64,000 nucleotides of DNA from an uncultured archaeon (GCA_963787445.1 CAWBCT010000005.1:480001-544000), one strand, 5' to 3'; shown: positions 10,164 to 19,979, numbered from the stretch's first letter. Numbers and translations are program-made. The notes: generated by a model from the letters alone, not told the origin.

Positions 10164-12647
10164 TCAGGAAAAATCTGAGATGCTCTTCTGCGCCTTGGGC
10201 TCCTTCAGCTTCTTTTTCCCGCCACCAATTTCTATCACTCCGTACTCCCCATCAAAGCCGGGCTTCACCGGAAGCCTCCCCTCCCGGCTCAAAAGGATAA
10301 GGTTTACTAGCCCCGCGTCAATCTCTGCGTCAAGCAGTTGTTGCTTGGAAACGTTGAGTAGGATGTTCAGCTCATTACCAAACTTCTTGACCAACGGTTC
10401 GTAAGCCGCGGCCACCTTCTTGCTCGCCATTGAAGTTCCCATGTTAAACGCGAGCATCTCATGGAGCGGAATCAGTTTGTAATACGGTTTCGCGTTCTTG
10501 GGCTTGTACCCTTCGGGCTGCTTCGCCAGCTCCTCAATGCGGTACTCAACGCCTATGGTAAGTGGCTTTTTGCAGATTGGACAGATTCCATTGAGCTTGC
10601 GAGTTTCTGCTGGAGAGCAAGAGAAGCCGCACACCCTGTGCCCGTCAAAATGATACTTGCCGTACTCTGGCGGCGTCTCGATGGTTGCTTTAAGGCCGAC
10701 TCCTGTTCTAATTGCGTTCATTATGGCTGTGTATGAAAGCTCCTGAACATCAAAGATTGTTGCCTCGCGCCCCAGCCTCCACGGCCAGAAGCTATGAGCG
10801 TCCGAGAAACTAACAACATTTACTCCCTGGTCCATCCTCCAGATCATGCCCGGATCTGCCGACATGCCCGACTCAACCGCATGAATGTGTTTGGTCTGCT
10901 CCTCGAAGCATTCCTTGATGCTGTCAAATCCGCTCCCGCTGCCAAACAGTCCGAACCACGGGGTCATGCAGTTATGGACAGCAGCAGAAGGTGTGACAAA
11001 GGAATGACTTCCCTCAATCTGTAAATCGTATACTTTGCCTTCGTAGTCAGAATATTCTATTGTTTTAATAGGTAAATAAACGTAGTTGTCATCAATCCAT
11101 CCGTGTCTCCGAGAAAGTTTTGTATTAAATCGTTTGAACTCCGGTTGTGTCATTAGATTAAACTCATCTTTAAAGAAGGCCAGGGTACGAAACGTGAAGC
11201 AATCGTGATTTACTATTATTTTTCTACCACCAATACTTCTCTTGTACTTTTTGCTCGTCTCTTTTTTAACAATGTAAATAGAAGGGATTACGCCAATTCT
11301 TAAGCAAATTGCTTTCATCTGTTGGGCTAAAGTCTCAGAAACAGTGACTCCCGCATCTCCTCTCCACCAACCTCTAAATAGTTCAACTTGTTTAACTTTA
11401 GGTAAATAGAGCATCCACTGTGGAATTAGCTTTGTGTTGGCCCTGAAAATATCACCTCTTTCATAAAATAGAATACTAAATAACTCGGCAACGACCTTGG
11501 AGTAGAAATAGAGTTCATAACCATGGTTTTTCCTAATTTTAGAGATCTCTATTCCAAAGACGCTTTTCATTAATTGCACAACCTCACTTATATAATCTGA
11601 TTCATGTTCGGCGAAGGCGAATTGTATACAATTATTTTTCCTAACGATGTATCCCTCTGCAAGGTAGTAACCAACTAGTCTACAAAATTCTGGGGTAATC
11701 TGAATTATGTTACTAATTGGTCTATCCTGTCTACCAGAAATAGGAAGTACCTTATTATCTTTCAATCTGTATTCCCCCATTTCGATAACTTCAGATAACC
11801 TAATCACTTCTAGGTCTTTTTCTTGTTTGATTTTAGGGTATACTAGAACATCATTAACTTCTAGATTCTCAGCAAGCGTCCAACCTGGTTTATAATTCTC
11901 ATAGTGTTTTTTCTTGCATTTGTGTTTACCCTTAGCTATACTGTTTGGTTTACATAAGCCTCCCACATATTGACAATTTTTAGTTGTCTTAATACTAAAG
12001 AGAGGGTGTTCTGGAGTGGTTTGTATACCCTCTGCAAAATAATAAGGTTGTAATCTAAGAATTTTGCCTTTATATTGTCTTGATAGAACATTTGAAACCG
12101 GCTTAAATTCTCCAGTGTGAGTAAGTACCTTATCTCCGTTAGAGATCACACTTATATTTTTGACACCCGGATTGCATATAATCTTCTCGCTTGGTAATAA
12201 ACAATGTGCTGGTATAATCTCTATCAGATCATCGATCTTCTTCAGATCGGCAACTAGCTGCTTGCACGTGATGCCGAATATCGGCCTTCCATCGTAATCA
12301 AGCCGGCCCTTGCTTCCTAGGTAAGATGTTATTGCGTCAGCAATTTTCGTATTGGGCGCAAAAAGCAGAAGGTGCACCGCACGCCGTTTCCCTCCCTGCG
12401 AAAACATGAGGCTCACCTCGGTCTGCCAGATGAACGGGAACTTTGTGTCGCTCCACAGTACCCCATTTTTGTCCTCCTTCAGGTAGTTATCAATCTCTTT
12501 CCTGTGAAGGGGGTGCTGAAAATCGCCGGTGCCGAGCAAGTCTAGGCCTTTTATACGCGCATATTCCTCAAGTTTCTGTAGACTCAATGCTGTTGATGTC
12601 GCTCTTGCGTATTTGCTGTGAATCTGAAGATCCGCGATGATGTCCAT
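10164..12647 (-). CDS. endoQ: endonuclease Q (PHP family) precursor containing an intein
   Basis: DLQIHSKY, GTGD, PAH/TPWFG, SDAHS, GKYH..GHRVC, CPIC zinc ribbon, PGFDGEYG, PIP-like QKSISDF; spliced extein would be 416 aa. Confidence 0.9.
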   Translation of the reverse strand: MDIIADLQIHSKYARATSTALSLQKLEEYARIKGLDLLGTGDFQHPLHRKEIDNYLKEDKNGVLWSDTKFPFIWQTEVSLMFSQGGKRRAVHLLLFAPNTKIADAITSYLGSKGRLDYDGRPIFGITCKQLVADLKKIDDLIEIIPAHCLLPSEKIICNPGVKNISVISNGDKVLTHTGEFKPVSNVLSRQYKGKILRLQPYYFAEGIQTTPEHPLFSIKTTKNCQYVGGLCKPNSIAKGKHKCKKKHYENYKPGWTLAENLEVNDVLVYPKIKQEKDLEVIRLSEVIEMGEYRLKDNKVLPISGRQDRPISNIIQITPEFCRLVGYYLAEGYIVRKNNCIQFAFAEHESDYISEVVQLMKSVFGIEISKIRKNHGYELYFYSKVVAELFSILFYERGDIFRANTKLIPQWMLYLPKVKQVELFRGWWRGDAGVTVSETLAQQMKAICLRIGVIPSIYIVKKETSKKYKRSIGGRKIIVNHDCFTFRTLAFFKDEFNLMTQPEFKRFNTKLSRRHGWIDDNYVYLPIKTIEYSDYEGKVYDLQIEGSHSFVTPSAAVHNCMTPWFGLFGSGSGFDSIKECFEEQTKHIHAVESGMSADPGMIWRMDQGVNVVSFSDAHSFWPWRLGREATIFDVQELSYTAIMNAIRTGVGLKATIETPPEYGKYHFDGHRVCGFSCSPAETRKLNGICPICKKPLTIGVEYRIEELAKQPEGYKPKNAKPYYKLIPLHEMLAFNMGTSMASKKVAAAYEPLVKKFGNELNILLNVSKQQLLDAEIDAGLVNLILLSREGRLPVKPGFDGEYGVIEIGGGKKKLKEPKAQKSISDFS
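10971..12203 (-). mobile_element. intein (411 aa) with LAGLIDADG homing endonuclease, inserted in endoQ
   Basis: Block A CLLPSEKI, block B TTPEHP, blocks C/E LVGYYLAEG and LFRGWWRGDAG, block F VYDLQIEGSHSF, block G VHN followed by Cys; visibly AT-richer than its flanks. Confidence 0.95.
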
Positions 12648-12655
12648 TTATTATC

Positions 12656-13141
12656 TCACTTCTTGTAGCCTATGTCTCTCAAAAACTTCCTCCTTGCCGC
12701 TCTGTCTGCCTGTTTCTCCACGCCTTTTGAGTCTGAACCGTCAACCACACCTACAATCCCACGGCCCTGCCTAGTTTCAACAACTAAAACTTCCACAGGG
12801 TTTGCAGTTGCGCAGAAGATCCGAGCGACTTCAGGCACCTGTTTTATCGCATTGGCAATGTTGATTGGAAAGGCACCTTTGAACATTATTAGGAATGAGT
12901 GACCCGCGGCTATCTTCTGCATGTTTTTTCCTGCTGAACTCTCGAGAGGACCATCGTTGCCCTCGGTTCTTATCAGACCAGGTCCACTGGCCTCGGCAAA
13001 CGCGATACCAAACTTTATGCCAGGTACAGCTCCGACCATACACTCGTATAAGTCCTCAGCTGTCTTTATGAAGCCTGCGTGCCCTAAAATGATCTGCTCA
13101 TCATCGTTTTTCACAATTTTTACTATCTCAATCTCCGCCAT
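12656..13141 (-). CDS. adenosine-specific kinase family (DUF355-like) protein
   Basis: [37 protein letters not shown]; start reset to ATG 13141 after a GGTGAG SD. Confidence 0.85.
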   Translation of the reverse strand: MAEIEIVKIVKNDDEQIILGHAGFIKTAEDLYECMVGAVPGIKFGIAFAEASGPGLIRTEGNDGPLESSAGKNMQKIAAGHSFLIMFKGAFPINIANAIKQVPEVARIFCATANPVEVLVVETRQGRGIVGVVDGSDSKGVEKQADRAARRKFLRDIGYKK

Positions 13142-13235
13142 ACTCTCACCATGCGGCTCTATTCTATGAAGAGAAAGCCACATTACGTACTTAGAGGAAA
13201 AGGTCTATAATATATATGAAAATGGGAAGAACGCC

Positions 13236-13532
13236 TCACTTCGTAAGCGTTATCTCTATGGAGCTTACCTTGGAGATTGTCCCGTCCTCGTTGGAGAGCT
13301 CCTCCGAGTTTATCTCTATCTGGCCGACATGCGTGTCCGTCACGAACCTGTGCCTTGAGATCTCCGCAACATCGACTGCGCGTGAGATTGCATTGCCCCT
13401 TGCACGCACTTTTACGCTCTTTGCGCCGCCGTTGAATTGCGTAACCACCGCAAGCACATAGTTCATCGCTGGCTTCTTGCCTATAAGCACTACATTTTCT
13501 CCAATCGTCGTTGTTTCCATTTCTTCAGCCAT
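13236..13532 (-). CDS. albA: chromatin/RNA-binding protein Alba
   Basis: [32 protein letters not shown]. Confidence 0.97.
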   Translation of the reverse strand: MAEEMETTTIGENVVLIGKKPAMNYVLAVVTQFNGGAKSVKVRARGNAISRAVDVAEISRHRFVTDTHVGQIEINSEELSNEDGTISKVSSIEITLTK

Positions 13533-13605
13533 AGTCTCACCATCGTATTGTCAGCATGATATCTGATGCGAAGCCCTTGCTAATGGGTTATTCCGTAAAA
13601 ATATA

Positions 13606-14211
13606 TTAAGCTTTCACTGACTTTTCGGAACCTGTCTGAACCCCGGAGCCTTTCCTGGCAAAAACAAGGTAAGCAGTGTGCAGAAGCCCCTTTGTTGAAG
13701 GCCGAACGCCCTCCTTTCTCACAAGCATCTCCCTGACTATGACCTCTATGGAGTGTATGTCGTAGAAGCCCATCTTCTCAAGCTTCATCACGAAGGCCTT
13801 CATCTGCTCGGTGTGGGGCAGGTAGGCAGCAACTATGCCGTCGTTTTTTAGCGCCTTCTTAACCGTCCTGACTGCCTTCTCCGCGTTTGGCAGGTCCAGC
13901 GTAAATATGTCAACCTCTTTTTCATCAACACCCTTTGAGACGTCCCCGTTCTTGAAAACAATATTGCTGAGACCCAAGATCTCCTTATTCTTCTCTGCTA
14001 TTCTGGTGAACTCCTCGCGCAGATCGTAGCTGTACACCTGCTTGCACACTCTTGCCAGGCTCACCGCAAGCCACCCGCTCCCCGTTCCTGCATCAACGCA
14101 AACGCTCTCCTTGCTTGCGCAGGTGTAGGCGAGGATGATACCGATGTCCTTCGGCAGTATCACCTGCGGCCCGCGCTTCAGCTTCCTGTAAATTTTTGGG
14201 TAGATGAACAA
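13606..14211 (-). CDS. trmI: tRNA (adenine-N1)-methyltransferase, TrmI/GCD14 family
   Basis: KRGPQVILPKD, DAGTGSG, LDLP, RPS..HTAYL; probable TTG start at 14211 after GTGAT. Confidence 0.88.
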   Translation of the reverse strand: MFIYPKIYRKLKRGPQVILPKDIGIILAYTCASKESVCVDAGTGSGWLAVSLARVCKQVYSYDLREEFTRIAEKNKEILGLSNIVFKNGDVSKGVDEKEVDIFTLDLPNAEKAVRTVKKALKNDGIVAAYLPHTEQMKAFVMKLEKMGFYDIHSIEVIVREMLVRKEGVRPSTKGLLHTAYLVFARKGSGVQTGSEKSVKA

Positions 14212-14224
14212 GTTATCACATTCA

Positions 14225-14749
14225 TTAAACGATTGTTGTTGTGGCAAACGTGGTGCTCACTGATGAAACAAAGGAAACCTTCGAAAGCACCCTGCCAGTG
14301 GTTGAATAGGCGAAACCCGTGGTGGTGTCCAGGTAGTTTAGGTACAGATTCCCTGAAAACAGCGTATTTAAGTTTCCCGCGAAGGCGCCCGAGCTGCCAT
14401 AACATCGGATCGTGATATTATACGTGGCGCCCTCTGTGAGGATTACCTGGTTTGCAGTGGTGAATGTACTCATGTGCTCGTTTGTCGCGTTTGAAGAGCA
14501 CCCTACACCGGTCATGTTCACCGCTACGAACTTGGACTGCTGGATGGAGATGGTCAGCAGGCCGTTCTCTGATAGGCGTGCATTGTTGCAAAGGAAGACC
14601 TGGTTGATGAAGCAGGACTGGCCCGTTGCGGCCTGGGGGCTAAGAAAGCCGAAGTACGAAATCGCAGCGATGGCAAGCGCGAGTATCAAGAATGCCCATC
14701 CGTAGGTCGTAAGATACTCAATTGCACTTTGCATGCGTCTTTTTTCCAT
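14225..14749 (-). CDS. class III signal peptide (pilin-like) protein
   Basis: KRRMQSAIEYLTTYGWAFLIL N-terminus followed by a Cys-containing beta-rich domain; ORF is open up to 14785. Confidence 0.75.
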   Translation of the reverse strand: MEKRRMQSAIEYLTTYGWAFLILALAIAAISYFGFLSPQAATGQSCFINQVFLCNNARLSENGLLTISIQQSKFVAVNMTGVGCSSNATNEHMSTFTTANQVILTEGATYNITIRCYGSSGAFAGNLNTLFSGNLYLNYLDTTTGFAYSTTGRVLSKVSFVSSVSTTFATTTIV

Positions 14750-14816
14750 CTTTTTCCCAGAATCTATATGAATATAACTCTTCATAATAAAAGCTTATCA
14801 CAGAACAGGGAAAGTC

Positions 14817-15923
14817 ATGGCTTATAATCTTGGCGCTGTAGGCTTCGGCCACTGGTTTGAGCGGCTCTACGCCGGAATGGTCAAGACGAACCAGATCACG
14901 CTCGCAAAGGTCATCGGAGTAAGCGGGATAGAGGGCAAGGCGGAACGTCTCCGCGCGGCAGGACTGAAACCAGAAAACTACTATAAAATGGATCCGGAGG
15001 CCCCGCTCCCCGAGGCGTTCTTCGAAGGCCTTGACATAGTGCACATCTCGGACCCGAACAAGTACCATGCACAACAGACAATGCAGTCCTTAGGCAAGGG
15101 AAAGATAACGATAACCGAGAAGACCTGGGGTATCAACAAGGCGGAGTTCTACAAAGTCCTTGATTATGCGAAGAAGAACAACCAGGAGGCTATGCTATAC
15201 CTCCACCTGCATTACCTCCACAAACTACTTACCATGGAACTGCCCGGGTTGCTCCGAAACTTCACCCAGGAGCACGGGAAGGTCTCCAAGATTGCCATGA
15301 CCTTTTTTGAGCAGTCCAGGGAGGAGGACCTCCGCAGGAGCGGGTGGCTCTTCGCCATGGAGAATGGCGGCCTTTTCATGGACTGGATACATCCTTTTGA
15401 GATACTCTATGCAGGGGCCAAGGCAAGCAAGGCAGAACTCACAGATGTCATGCTCTACGCCACCAAGCCAGAGTACGACCTAAAGAACCCCACGGGAATA
15501 CACGCCACGGTCTCGTTGTCCGGAGAGTTCTTCGAGGACGGTGCTATAGGCGACATACGCGTGGCGAAGGGGATGGAGTTAAACAAGAAGGCAGTTCGGA
15601 TCACGTTCGAAGACGCCGCCCATCTCGAGCTTGCCTACATGGACTCCGACAAGGAAGCCTCGACCGGGATGCGCGGCTCCTGGGTGCTCAACGACCATGG
15701 GAGCACGATAGAGTCCTGCGCCAGGGGTCCGGAGACCTCCGAGTTTTTCGTTTCCGATATCCTGCGCATTTGCACGGGAGAGCAGGCGGGCCCCAAGATT
15801 GAGCTTTTGGAGAAGATCTTCAGCGCCCAGTGGGCCTACCAGGAGATGCAGAAGGGGAAGCCCCTGCACAGCTCAAAGGATGAGGTAGCCCTGTTTCAGG
15901 AAGAGGGCGTGACGCTTTTCTAG
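14817..15923 (+). CDS. Gfo/Idh/MocA family oxidoreductase
   Basis: GAVGFGHW Rossmann motif, PNKYHA, EKT, GGLFMDWIHPF. Confidence 0.8.
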   Translation: MAYNLGAVGFGHWFERLYAGMVKTNQITLAKVIGVSGIEGKAERLRAAGLKPENYYKMDPEAPLPEAFFEGLDIVHISDPNKYHAQQTMQSLGKGKITITEKTWGINKAEFYKVLDYAKKNNQEAMLYLHLHYLHKLLTMELPGLLRNFTQEHGKVSKIAMTFFEQSREEDLRRSGWLFAMENGGLFMDWIHPFEILYAGAKASKAELTDVMLYATKPEYDLKNPTGIHATVSLSGEFFEDGAIGDIRVAKGMELNKKAVRITFEDAAHLELAYMDSDKEASTGMRGSWVLNDHGSTIESCARGPETSEFFVSDILRICTGEQAGPKIELLEKIFSAQWAYQEMQKGKPLHSSKDEVALFQEEGVTLF

Positions 15924-16594
15924 ATCCTGGAAAGCCCCTTTGGCTTGTCCTTTAGCGTATTTATCAGCTCATTCGCTCCGGCTTCCTCCAAAGCCTGCTT
16001 TCTGTCCTTTTCGCCCTGCACTACTCCTATCGAATAAAGCCCCAGCTCCTTGGCGGCGGTCACGAACTGCGGTATTGAAGTGACCATGAATCCCCTGTTG
16101 GTCTCCAGTCCAAACTCACCGGTCACCTTGTCCAGCGCCTTTCCGACAATCTCCCTTGCCGAGTATCCAGCCTCTGCGTAGGCGCCGAACTCGAAGTACT
16201 CGGAAAGCCCCACCTTGTCGAGCCTCATCTTGGTGACCCGCTCGGGCTCGCCGGTGACTATGCCGATCTTTGCCTCCTTCCTCTTCACGGTGTCGAGAAT
16301 CTGCTTTGCGCCGTCGAGCAGTACCACCTTGTCGCTCCAGGCCACATTATAGTAGGAATAGGGAAGATCCTCGAGATACCTGTCCAGGCGGGCCTTTATC
16401 TCGGCATTGTCCAGGCCGTAATTTCTTAGGACCGCATCGGCCACCTCCTTTGAGGTCATCCCACGGTAGTTGTCAAGCTTGACCTCAACGATTATCCCGT
16501 AGATGTTCCGAATGGACTCGGCAACGTAATCGGAGATATCCTTAACGTCCCTGACCATGGTAGCATTTGTATCAAACAGCGCGAAGCTTTCCAA
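15920..16594 (-). CDS. HAD-fold protein with degenerate catalytic motifs
   Basis: ALFDTNATM (motif I), GIVTG (motif II), EAGANELI; likely TTG start at 16594. Confidence 0.7.
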   Translation of the reverse strand: MESFALFDTNATMVRDVKDISDYVAESIRNIYGIIVEVKLDNYRGMTSKEVADAVLRNYGLDNAEIKARLDRYLEDLPYSYYNVAWSDKVVLLDGAKQILDTVKRKEAKIGIVTGEPERVTKMRLDKVGLSEYFEFGAYAEAGYSAREIVGKALDKVTGEFGLETNRGFMVTSIPQFVTAAKELGLYSIGVVQGEKDRKQALEEAGANELINTLKDKPKGLSRI

Positions 16595-16689
16595 AATAAC
16601 ACCCAGGCTGTAGTGTAACAGGTATAGATTAATGCAACAGATATTTAGGCTTTCACACAGGGTAATCCTATGGCTAAAATGGTGCCCTA

Positions 16690-17025
16690 ATGCATAACGA
16701 CAAGAAGCTCGAAAGGGAGGTGGGACTTGCACGGATAGGCGTGCTGTTCAGGCTGGCCGCCGTCCGGACCGGCAAGGGCACCCCGGAAGACAAGAGGCTA
16801 GCCAAGCGCTACCTCAGGCTGGCAGGCCAGATAAGCAGGCACTACAAGATACCCCTGCCCAAGGTCGCCGACTCCCAGGTGTGCAAGAAGTGCGGCAATC
16901 TGCTGGTCCCGGGGCGGAACTGCACGGTGCGCGTTTCCAGCTCCGGGTTCCTTGCCTACCTATGCGAATGCGGCAGCACCACAAAGCTGTTCATACCGGC
17001 AAAACAGAAAAGCAGAACCCTGTAA
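16690..17025 (+). CDS. rnp4: ribonuclease P protein Rpp21
   Basis: RIGVLF, LAKRY, CKKC...LVPG...CECG zinc ribbon. Confidence 0.88.
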   Translation: MHNDKKLEREVGLARIGVLFRLAAVRTGKGTPEDKRLAKRYLRLAGQISRHYKIPLPKVADSQVCKKCGNLLVPGRNCTVRVSSSGFLAYLCECGSTTKLFIPAKQKSRTL

Positions 17026-17093
17026 CGGAACAGCCCGATGTATTTATAATATACAAAGCCACCATATCAATACCAGCTGTGTAGATTGATGCA

Positions 17094-18653
17094 ATGCCGT
17101 CGAAAATCAACCGTGATATACTGATGCGCCTGCTCACAGTGCTCACCTTCAGCCTGCTCACCTCCTTCGGCATAATTTTCTTCCTTTACCTCTTCTTCAC
17201 CGCCAGCAGCTTTTACACGTACATTTTGGCGTTTGCCTACATGGCACTGATACTGTTCTCGGGCTTCTTTAACATCTTCACCTCCTACTCCTACTACCGC
17301 TCCTACTTCTACGATGAGTACCTTAGGAAGATAAAGGAAAAGCTGCTCCCCGTAACTGAAAAGCCCACCGTGGCCATAGTGATGACCACCTTCAACGAAA
17401 ACACGGCAGTGGTGAAGAGGAACCTGCTCCAGCTGATGAGGCTCAAGTATCCAAGGCAGCAGCTCCGCTTCTACCTGCTCGATGACTCGACGGACAAGGA
17501 GAAGGCGTCCGAGATGGAGCTCTTCAGCAAGCAGAAAAGGATAACCTACATACACCGGGACGACCGGAAGGACTACAAGGCGGGCGCGCTCAACAACATG
17601 CTAAAGTATTCAAGGGAGAAGTTCATCGCGATCTTCGACTACGATGAGCACCTGGTCAACTTCAACTTCCTCAACGATCTTCTTCCCTACTTCAGCGACC
17701 CGAAGCTCTCCTACATACAGACCGAGAAGCAGTACTCCAAGGGCAACTTCTTCTCCGACACGGTGAACCTGTTCGATGCATTCTTCTTCAAGTTCATCCA
17801 GCCTTCCCGCGCGCTCAACAACACCGCGATCTTCGCAGGCTCGTGCGGGATGATACGCAGGGAGCACCTGAACTCGATAGGCGGGTTCCCGAGCTACGTT
17901 ACTGAGGACACCTTCTTCAGCTTCGAGTCCGATGTTAAGGGCTTCAAGAGCCTCTACATCCCGGCCGTATACGCGCTGGGCAAGCCGATAATGACCTTCA
18001 CCGAGCTGGTGAAGCAGCAGTGGCGCTACAACTATGGCGACACACAGTTCATCGGCTACTTCTTCAACCACCTGAGGAAGAAGGACAAGAGGAAGCAGCT
18101 CTCGCCCCTTTCGAGGATCGACTACTTCACCCACGGGATGGGGCTGAACTACATCTCGGTGATAATCATAGTCTTCACCGTGCTCTCCATACTCATAACC
18201 TTCTCACAATTCCCGATAACAAACCTCAAGATAACCGACCTGCTCCAGGCAAGGTACGTCAGCTTCGACCTTGAGGTGATAGGGCTTGCGGCGCTGGTCC
18301 TCTCCATAGCCACCCCCATGTTCCTTGCAAAGATGTACTTCAACTCCTTCAGGAAGGGCTTCATGATGTTCCTGCTCAACTTCGCTCTTGCATTCATCCG
18401 CGCCAAGGCCGCGCTATCCGCAATCTTCAACAGCAGCCAGAAGATAATCTGGGACCACATCCAGCCGACCAAGGGCTACGGCCGATTGATATACGCGGTA
18501 AGGAACTCCGTCATGGAATCCTCCTTCTCGGTACTTTTGATAATACTCGGCCTCTCCGCCGTGGCGCTGGACAACGCCTTTGGCGCGTTCTGGCTGCTCT
18601 GGTACGGCGTGCTGTACATCTCAACCCTGTTCATGTTCTACAAGTATGGGTGA
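17094..18653 (+). CDS. GT2 processive glycosyltransferase (cellulose-synthase-like), multi-TM
   Basis: DDS, KAGALN, DYD, TED and QQWRY (QxxRW-like) motifs. Confidence 0.88.
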   Translation: MPSKINRDILMRLLTVLTFSLLTSFGIIFFLYLFFTASSFYTYILAFAYMALILFSGFFNIFTSYSYYRSYFYDEYLRKIKEKLLPVTEKPTVAIVMTTFNENTAVVKRNLLQLMRLKYPRQQLRFYLLDDSTDKEKASEMELFSKQKRITYIHRDDRKDYKAGALNNMLKYSREKFIAIFDYDEHLVNFNFLNDLLPYFSDPKLSYIQTEKQYSKGNFFSDTVNLFDAFFFKFIQPSRALNNTAIFAGSCGMIRREHLNSIGGFPSYVTEDTFFSFESDVKGFKSLYIPAVYALGKPIMTFTELVKQQWRYNYGDTQFIGYFFNHLRKKDKRKQLSPLSRIDYFTHGMGLNYISVIIIVFTVLSILITFSQFPITNLKITDLLQARYVSFDLEVIGLAALVLSIATPMFLAKMYFNSFRKGFMMFLLNFALAFIRAKAALSAIFNSSQKIIWDHIQPTKGYGRLIYAVRNSVMESSFSVLLIILGLSAVALDNAFGAFWLLWYGVLYISTLFMFYKYG

Positions 18654-18970
18654 CCACGATGCTCTACTTCAAGAAGCACGAAACGGAAAGGGGCGACATG
18701 CTCGCCCTGTGCGACGAGGAGCTGATCGGAAAGGTGCACAAGGACGGCTCCGGCACCATTCTTGACCTGGTGATGTACGCGGATTTCTACAAGGGAGAGC
18801 TGCTTGAGTACGAGAAGGCAAAGCAGGCCTTCATCGAGTCCGAGCTCTACACCGCAAACATCGTGGGAGAAGACAGCGTCAAGATTGCAATCGAGCTAGG
18901 AATCGCCGACGAAAGCAACGTAAAGAATCTCGGCGGTGTGCCGTCTGTGCAGATCTTCAGAATGATCTAA
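18650..18970 (+). CDS. DUF424 family protein
   Basis: ALCDEELIG, FYKGE, ANIVGE, GGVP. Confidence 0.85.
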   Translation: MTTMLYFKKHETERGDMLALCDEELIGKVHKDGSGTILDLVMYADFYKGELLEYEKAKQAFIESELYTANIVGEDSVKIAIELGIADESNVKNLGGVPSVQIFRMI

Positions 18971-18979
18971 CTAATAGGG

Positions 18980-19579
18980 TTATTTACCGTCAGGGTAAAT
19001 GAACATCTCATCCTTCACTTTTCTTGCACCATCCTTATTCACATCTATGATAAGAATTCCAGTATTTCGTGTGTGAAGGCGAATAAGCTCTTCTATGGGA
19101 ATATTTAGATAAATAGAAAGGAAACATCTTGCGACAAAACCATGGGTTGATATCAAAAGTGTATTATTTCCATATCTTTCGTATAATCCTTTTGTGAATT
19201 TTTCAATTCTACCAAGAAATTCCCACCAACTTTCCCCTCTCTCTGGCTTAAACTCCATAAAAGATACATTAGAAGCGGATTCAGCAGCCCATAATTTGTC
19301 TTGAGGTCCGCCTTCAAAGACCCCACCATGTTTCTCACGAAGTTCTTTAGTATAATAAATAGGCACCTTATGAAACTTCGCTATCTCCTTAGTTGTATCA
19401 ACAGCCCTCTTTAGATCACTGGAGAAGATGAAATCTATTTTCTCATTCTTTAGCTTCAGAGCGAGGGTCTCTACCTGATGTCTGCCCTCCTCAGTCAACG
19501 TTCCATGAACGGTATTTCCTTGATATATGCGTTTGGCATTCTCCTCTGTAATTCCATGTCGGACAATTATCAACCGCAT
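18980..19579 (-). CDS. histidine phosphatase (phosphoglycerate mutase family)
   Basis: VRHG, SSDLKRA, LRE, STHG. Confidence 0.9.
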   Translation of the reverse strand: MRLIIVRHGITEENAKRIYQGNTVHGTLTEEGRHQVETLALKLKNEKIDFIFSSDLKRAVDTTKEIAKFHKVPIYYTKELREKHGGVFEGGPQDKLWAAESASNVSFMEFKPERGESWWEFLGRIEKFTKGLYERYGNNTLLISTHGFVARCFLSIYLNIPIEELIRLHTRNTGILIIDVNKDGARKVKDEMFIYPDGK

Positions 19580-19580
19580 C

Positions 19581-19922
19581 TTATTCTCCTGTCAGTGCTA
19601 GTATAGCTTCTGCCATGTTTCCCCGCGCCTCCTCAAGGGCTTTTCTCGCTGCTTCCTCACTGGCACCCGTTTTCTCCATCACCGTTTGAACATCTTCCTT
19701 GTCAACCTCTATCTGTGCGGTGCTGACCTCCCTCTGGCTCCCGCCGGACACGCTGAAGGTCTTGTTTCCCTGAACTTCAACTAGAGTGACCTCGGGGTTG
19801 TCTATGATTATCTCCTTGCCGTCGCACTTGATTATCACCTGGCTTGCCTCCACGGGCGTGTTCTTCATGCCCATGCTCTCCATCATTCGCTTTAGCTGGC
19901 GCGGGTCGATGTTCGGCATCAT
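19581..19922 (-). CDS. nac: nascent polypeptide-associated complex protein
   Basis: DPRQLKRMM, NPEVT and a C-terminal UBA-like domain. Confidence 0.93.
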   Translation of the reverse strand: MMPNIDPRQLKRMMESMGMKNTPVEASQVIIKCDGKEIIIDNPEVTLVEVQGNKTFSVSGGSQREVSTAQIEVDKEDVQTVMEKTGASEEAARKALEEARGNMAEAILALTGE

Positions 19923-19979
19923 AGAATCGGTTAAAACATTGTAATCAAAGTATAAATATATTCTTTCAATATAGAAAGC

